From an uncultured Fibrobacterota bacterium (GTDB lineage Bacteria > Fibrobacterota > Chitinivibrionia > Chitinivibrionales > FEN-1185), in contig CAVSQB010000028.1 in the NCBI GenBank assembly GCA_963729895.1, forward strand, positions 128,001-192,000: a DNA stretch of 64,000 nucleotides, written 5' to 3'. The notes under the pieces are model-generated. The model was not told the DNA's origin, did no database searches, and was given only the letters and a program-made list of their open reading frames with translations. Positions within the stretch are counted from its first letter, which is position 1; the number at the start of each line of letters is the position of its first letter. Made by a program: the position numbers and the translations under genes. Positions 59,805 to 64,000 of this stretch are shown one piece after another.

Positions 59805-59828
59805 CTCTTTCATTATTAGTAGAAGTAA

Positions 59829-60725
59829 ATGGAAAAACAAATCTCATTCTTAAACCCCGAACACCTTGCGCCCATCCGCAACCTCAACCTGAGGACAAAG
59901 GCGATTGTCGAAGGGACGATAGCGGGGCTGCACAAGAGCCCCTACCACGGCTTCAGCGCGCAGTTCCTCGAATACCGGCCCTACCTCCCTGGGGAATCGA
60001 CGCGGCGTATTGACTGGCGCAAGTACGCGAAGACCGGTCGCTCCGTGGTGCGGCTCTTTGAGGATGAAACCAACCTGTTTGCATGGATCCTTCTGGACAA
60101 AAGCGGATCGATGGCGTTTTCTTCCGGCGGGCCCATGAACAAGTACGAGTACGCGCGCACGCTCGCGGCGTCGCTTGCCTGGATCCTGATCCGCCAGCGC
60201 GACGCGGTCGGCCTGTTCGCGTTCGACAGCGCGGAAAGCCTCATGGTGCCGCCTCACTCCACGGCCATCCAACTCACCACCATTCTATCGCGGCTGTCTT
60301 CGCTTGAGGCGGGCGGAACAACCGACTGCGGCCGCTCGTTGGAACGGCTGGCCACCGCCATCGGCAAGCGCGGCCTGTGCATTGTCATTTCGGACCTTTT
60401 CGACGACCCCGAGGCGATCGTCCGCGGGCTCAGGCATCTGCGGTTCAAGCGGCAGGATGTTATGGTCCTGTGGGTGCTCGACCCGATGGAAGACAGGTTT
60501 GCAAACGGCGGCTCACTTGACGTACACGACCTGGAGACGGGCGGCAGCATCATGGTGGATGGATTGACAGCATCGGAATTCTTCACGAGCGGCATACTGC
60601 GCCACAGGAAGATCATAGAGGACGCATGCCGCTCGCTTCGGATCGGGTTTGAGCGGGTGGTAACCGACGAGCCGTTCCAGAAGGCGCTTCTGCGCGTCCT
60701 TCAAAAGCGGAGGCGCCTGTTTTGA
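59829..60725 (+). CDS. DUF58 (vWA-like) protein
   Basis: GLHKSPYHGFS.QF.EYRPY.PG...R.IDW, LDKSGSM, ISDL. Confidence 0.92.
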   Translation: MEKQISFLNPEHLAPIRNLNLRTKAIVEGTIAGLHKSPYHGFSAQFLEYRPYLPGESTRRIDWRKYAKTGRSVVRLFEDETNLFAWILLDKSGSMAFSSGGPMNKYEYARTLAASLAWILIRQRDAVGLFAFDSAESLMVPPHSTAIQLTTILSRLSSLEAGGTTDCGRSLERLATAIGKRGLCIVISDLFDDPEAIVRGLRHLRFKRQDVMVLWVLDPMEDRFANGGSLDVHDLETGGSIMVDGLTASEFFTSGILRHRKIIEDACRSLRIGFERVVTDEPFQKALLRVLQKRRRLF

Positions 60726-62719
60726 GCGGTATCGCATTTGTTCACCCCGCTTTCCTGTGGGGGCTGGCCGCGCTGGCGGTCCCGCTCCTTGTCCATTTTC
60801 TCAACCGCAGGCAGACTCGAAAACTGGACTTCTCCACGCTGCGCTTTTTCTCCGCTGCCGCGAAAAGGGCCAGCAGGATGCGGCGGCTCAGGCGGCTCCT
60901 TTTGCTGCTCGCTCGCATGGCGCTTATCTGCGTATGCGTGGCGATTTTTGCAAGGCCGTACGTCACGAGAGACCCCTTTTCGGCTCTGCGCAATCCCGAC
61001 TCGGCGATTTTCGCCTTTGTAGACCCAACCGTGAGCATGGACTATCGCGACAGGGGGGTGCCGCTGTGGCGCACGGCCTTCGATCTTCTTGACACACTCA
61101 ACAAATCGCTCCCTTCGGCGGCGCACCGGTTCATGTACAATGAGGCGCGCGCCGAATTCGTGCAGGAAAAGTCATTTACGCGGCCGTCGGGACCGTTTGT
61201 GAGGCACGGTGCGGCGCCGCTCGACAAGATGTTCGCTGCGCTCGCGGAAGCCGGCGGCAGCCGCGCAGGCATGTCCCTGCTTGTTATGGTGTCCGATTTT
61301 CAGGACAATATCAGCCGAATCCTCGACACGCAGCTTGTGAGATGCGGAAACATGCCCGCGCTGTGTGTAAGCGTGGCCCCGCATTCACCCTGGAATTGCG
61401 GTGTGCGCGACGCCGTGATGTCGGCCGGCGTTCGTTCGGTGGTGACCGTACAGGTGTCATGCGTCGGGAAGTCGCTCGACAACGCAGGCGTCACCGTGAC
61501 TGCGGGAGGCATGCGCGTCGGGCACGCTGAGGTAAGCGTGAAAGCCGGGGAGAGCTGCCGGGTGCCCGTGGCCATCACCTCCGACGTGCAGGACCCGCGC
61601 GGAACGGTTCTGCTCGATTGCGACGATCCCTTTCCCGACGACAACACATTCTATTTTGTTCGCGGAACTCAGCAGGCGCTGCGGGTGCTTGTGGTGGGAG
61701 AACCGGACGAAAGTTTCCCGGTGTCGGCCGCTTTTTCGTCGTTGGGCGCATCGCAATGGAGCCCTGTTGTGCGGCCGGTCCGCGCCGTAACATACAACGA
61801 CATCGATTCGGCAGCCCTTGTGGTGCTCTGTGGCGTGCGTCAACTGTCATCGCCCCTTGCCGCGCTGGTGCACGGACCGTCGCCGGAACGGAAGGCCATT
61901 CTGTTTTCCCCCGCAACCGACAGCGCGAGCGCCGGCCTCGCCGAAGCGCTGCTTCCGTCAGAAAGCCGGGCCCCGCTGGCAGTCGTGTCGGACCCCACGC
62001 CGCGCTTCATTGTTCTGCCGGACACGGTTTCGCCCCTGTTTAAAGGTTTCAGGCGCCTCAAGGACGCCGATGCCGCGGTGAACAGGTACTGCACCGGCCT
62101 CCCGGGCGGCGCGCTTATTTTCCTGGACAACGGCAAACCATTTGCGACCCATTTGATTGACGCATCGGGAAATTCGTGGGTGCTGCTTGCGGCATACATA
62201 GGCCGAGAACGGGAAAACGTCGCGGCCGCTCTCCCGCTGTTCACCACCGGGCTGTACGTGCCCCTTCTCGACAGGCTTGCCCGCTATGCATTGTCGGCAA
62301 TCCAGAAGGAACCGCAGGTGTGGGTGGCGGGCTTTCCCAGACCAAACCCGTATTTCGGCGCGGCGCGCGGGGCGCTCGTTTTCGACGCGGGCAACAGGAA
62401 TATTTCGCGATGGTCAAGCCAGCCGCTGGTGGCGTTCGATGCGCCCGGCTTGTACCGTATTCAGCCGGACGGGGAACCGTACTATTGGGTTGCCGCCGGC
62501 ATCGATTCATCCGAGACCGTCTTTGCGTACCGCGCCCCGCATGTTCCCGCGGCAATGGCGTCCAGGGTGAAATTTCTTCCGGCGGACCGGTTCGGGGCCT
62601 TTATCGCGGCGAGGCGGTCCGGGACCTTTTCCCCGTGGCTCTGGATTGCCTGCGCCCTTCTTCTGATCGCGGAAACGCTCCTCTGGGAGAAGAGGCAGGT
62701 GCCCGCGCAAACGGTCTGA
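60722..62719 (+). CDS. BatA N-terminal domain/vWA membrane protein
   Basis: F.HP.FLWGL....PLLVH, FSTLRF, LLLLAR...FARP, DxTxSM, C-terminal LLLIAE TM. Confidence 0.85.
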   Translation: MSGIAFVHPAFLWGLAALAVPLLVHFLNRRQTRKLDFSTLRFFSAAAKRASRMRRLRRLLLLLARMALICVCVAIFARPYVTRDPFSALRNPDSAIFAFVDPTVSMDYRDRGVPLWRTAFDLLDTLNKSLPSAAHRFMYNEARAEFVQEKSFTRPSGPFVRHGAAPLDKMFAALAEAGGSRAGMSLLVMVSDFQDNISRILDTQLVRCGNMPALCVSVAPHSPWNCGVRDAVMSAGVRSVVTVQVSCVGKSLDNAGVTVTAGGMRVGHAEVSVKAGESCRVPVAITSDVQDPRGTVLLDCDDPFPDDNTFYFVRGTQQALRVLVVGEPDESFPVSAAFSSLGASQWSPVVRPVRAVTYNDIDSAALVVLCGVRQLSSPLAALVHGPSPERKAILFSPATDSASAGLAEALLPSESRAPLAVVSDPTPRFIVLPDTVSPLFKGFRRLKDADAAVNRYCTGLPGGALIFLDNGKPFATHLIDASGNSWVLLAAYIGRERENVAAALPLFTTGLYVPLLDRLARYALSAIQKEPQVWVAGFPRPNPYFGAARGALVFDAGNRNISRWSSQPLVAFDAPGLYRIQPDGEPYYWVAAGIDSSETVFAYRAPHVPAAMASRVKFLPADRFGAFIAARRSGTFSPWLWIACALLLIAETLLWEKRQVPAQTV

Positions 62720-62947
62720 TCCCCTTGTATTGCTCCATGGCGGTGCTCCCGCTGCACGGCGCAGCATCATGTATTTTTTGAGCGGGATTTCCGAATACTC
62801 AACTTCTTGCCGACCGGCAGCGCACTCCCCGCATCGCTTTTCAACGGCCCAACGGGCATAAGGGGAAATAAAAATTGACTAATACGAAGATCGATTGCGT
62901 CGGACACCCGTAAGGCATCTGAGGCAAACTTCGCAGGAAAAATTGTT

Positions 62948-64000
62948 ATGACACAGGAACCGCACCCCTACAAAGCCCTGCTTGCATCGCGCGAGCCTGT
63001 TATTTTCGACGGGGCAATGGGTACGCAGATCCCGGAATTCGGTGTGCAGCGGGACGATTTTCGCGGCCACGACGGGTGCAATGAGATCCTTGTTTTGTCG
63101 CGCCCGGACGTGATAACGGAAATCCACAAGCGGTACCTGCGAGCCGGCGCTAACGTGATCGAGACAAACACCTTCGGGGCCAACAGCGTGAAGTTAGGCG
63201 AGTATGGCCTTGCCGACGGCGTGCGGGAAATAAACACGACTGCGGCCCGGCTCGCGCGCGCCGCCGTGACCGAAGCATGCTGTTCGCACGCATGTCTCGT
63301 GTGCGGTACCATGGGGCCAACCGGATTTCTTTCATCGCCGGTCGGCGGCGGCCGAGGACGTTTGAGTTTCGACGAGCTTGCCGCGGTGTTCGGAAGTCAG
63401 GCCGGCGCGCTCGTGGACGGCGGCGCCGACATCCTCCTCCTCGAAACGATGCAGGACCTCCTCGAGGTTCGCGCGGCGGTGATCGGCATCCGGCGAATGC
63501 TTGACCAACGCTCTATTGTGGTCCCGCTCCAGGTGCATGTTACGGTAGACACCGCGGGACGCATGCTTCTTGGTTCAAACATCATGGCGTTTCTCGGCGC
63601 AGCCGCCAACCTGCCCGTCGACGTCCTGGGCCTCAATTGCTCCACCGGCCCGCATGAAATGAAGCCTTTTGTCCGCGAGCTTCTGCGGCTTTCGCCGTGT
63701 CCCGTGTCGATGATGCCCAACGCGGGCATGCCTGAGAACGCGAGCGGCGTTGCCGTATACAAGATGGATCCACGCGAATTCGCGGACATCATGGTGCCCC
63801 TGGTGCTTGAGGACGGCCTTGCGGTGCTGGGCGGCTGCTGCGGCACGACCCCGGAGCATATTCGCGTGTTGCGCGCTGCGTGCGAAGGAAAACGCGTCGC
63901 GGCACGCAGCGTGTCGAAGAAGACCTATGTGTCGACCTGCATTTCCGGGAGAGAGCTCGAAGCGGAGGCAAAGCCGCTTGTCATAGGCGAGCGGCTCAAC
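62948..64000 (+). CDS. metH: B12-dependent methionine synthase, N-terminal part (runs off the window)
   Basis: FDGAMGT, IETNTFGA, LLET, GLNCSTGP, PNAG, GGCCGTTPEHI, VIGERLN. Confidence 0.9.
   Translation, partial: MTQEPHPYKALLASREPVIFDGAMGTQIPEFGVQRDDFRGHDGCNEILVLSRPDVITEIHKRYLRAGANVIETNTFGANSVKLGEYGLADGVREINTTAARLARAAVTEACCSHACLVCGTMGPTGFLSSPVGGGRGRLSFDELAAVFGSQAGALVDGGADILLLETMQDLLEVRAAVIGIRRMLDQRSIVVPLQVHVTVDTAGRMLLGSNIMAFLGAAANLPVDVLGLNCSTGPHEMKPFVRELLRLSPCPVSMMPNAGMPENASGVAVYKMDPREFADIMVPLVLEDGLAVLGGCCGTTPEHIRVLRAACEGKRVAARSVSKKTYVSTCISGRELEAEAKPLVIGERLN

Noticed and set aside
62720..62947. SAM or cobalamin riboswitch before metH
   Set aside because: A hairpin exists at about 62885-62933, but no recognisable riboswitch consensus.

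Overview
A bacterial chromosomal window of mostly housekeeping genes, GC-rich in coding regions. The lineage is uncertain; gene content and order suggest an anaerobic diderm, possibly Fibrobacterota/FCB-like, which is inference only. Core genes: mfd-PPIase-surA-methyltransferase-ftsE-epimerase, an SLBB polysaccharide export gene, recF-dciA-gyrB-surE-gyrA, greA, hemW, class II RNR with NrdR boxes, prfB with its +1 frameshift, nif3, LppC-like-ftsX-envC, holB-PSP1-metG-recJ-argH, uvrA, argF, spoVG-tRNA-Gln-rplY-pth-rpsF-rpsR-rplI-dapA-dapB, rsmE, map-hflX, DUF58-BatA and a truncated metH. Accessory parts: tRNA-Lys followed by a toxin-first TA pair whose toxin appears to start with a leaderless ATA, a complete IS5-family element with TTAG target duplication, a nucleotidyltransferase pair and a MITE. 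The two most interesting signals are (1) a tightly coupled module of a single-domain KaiC-like ATPase, two small membrane proteins and two stand-alone receiver proteins with no histidine kinase, and (2) several families of modular, nested palindromic repeats in the intergenic gaps, one showing compensatory base changes across three copies.
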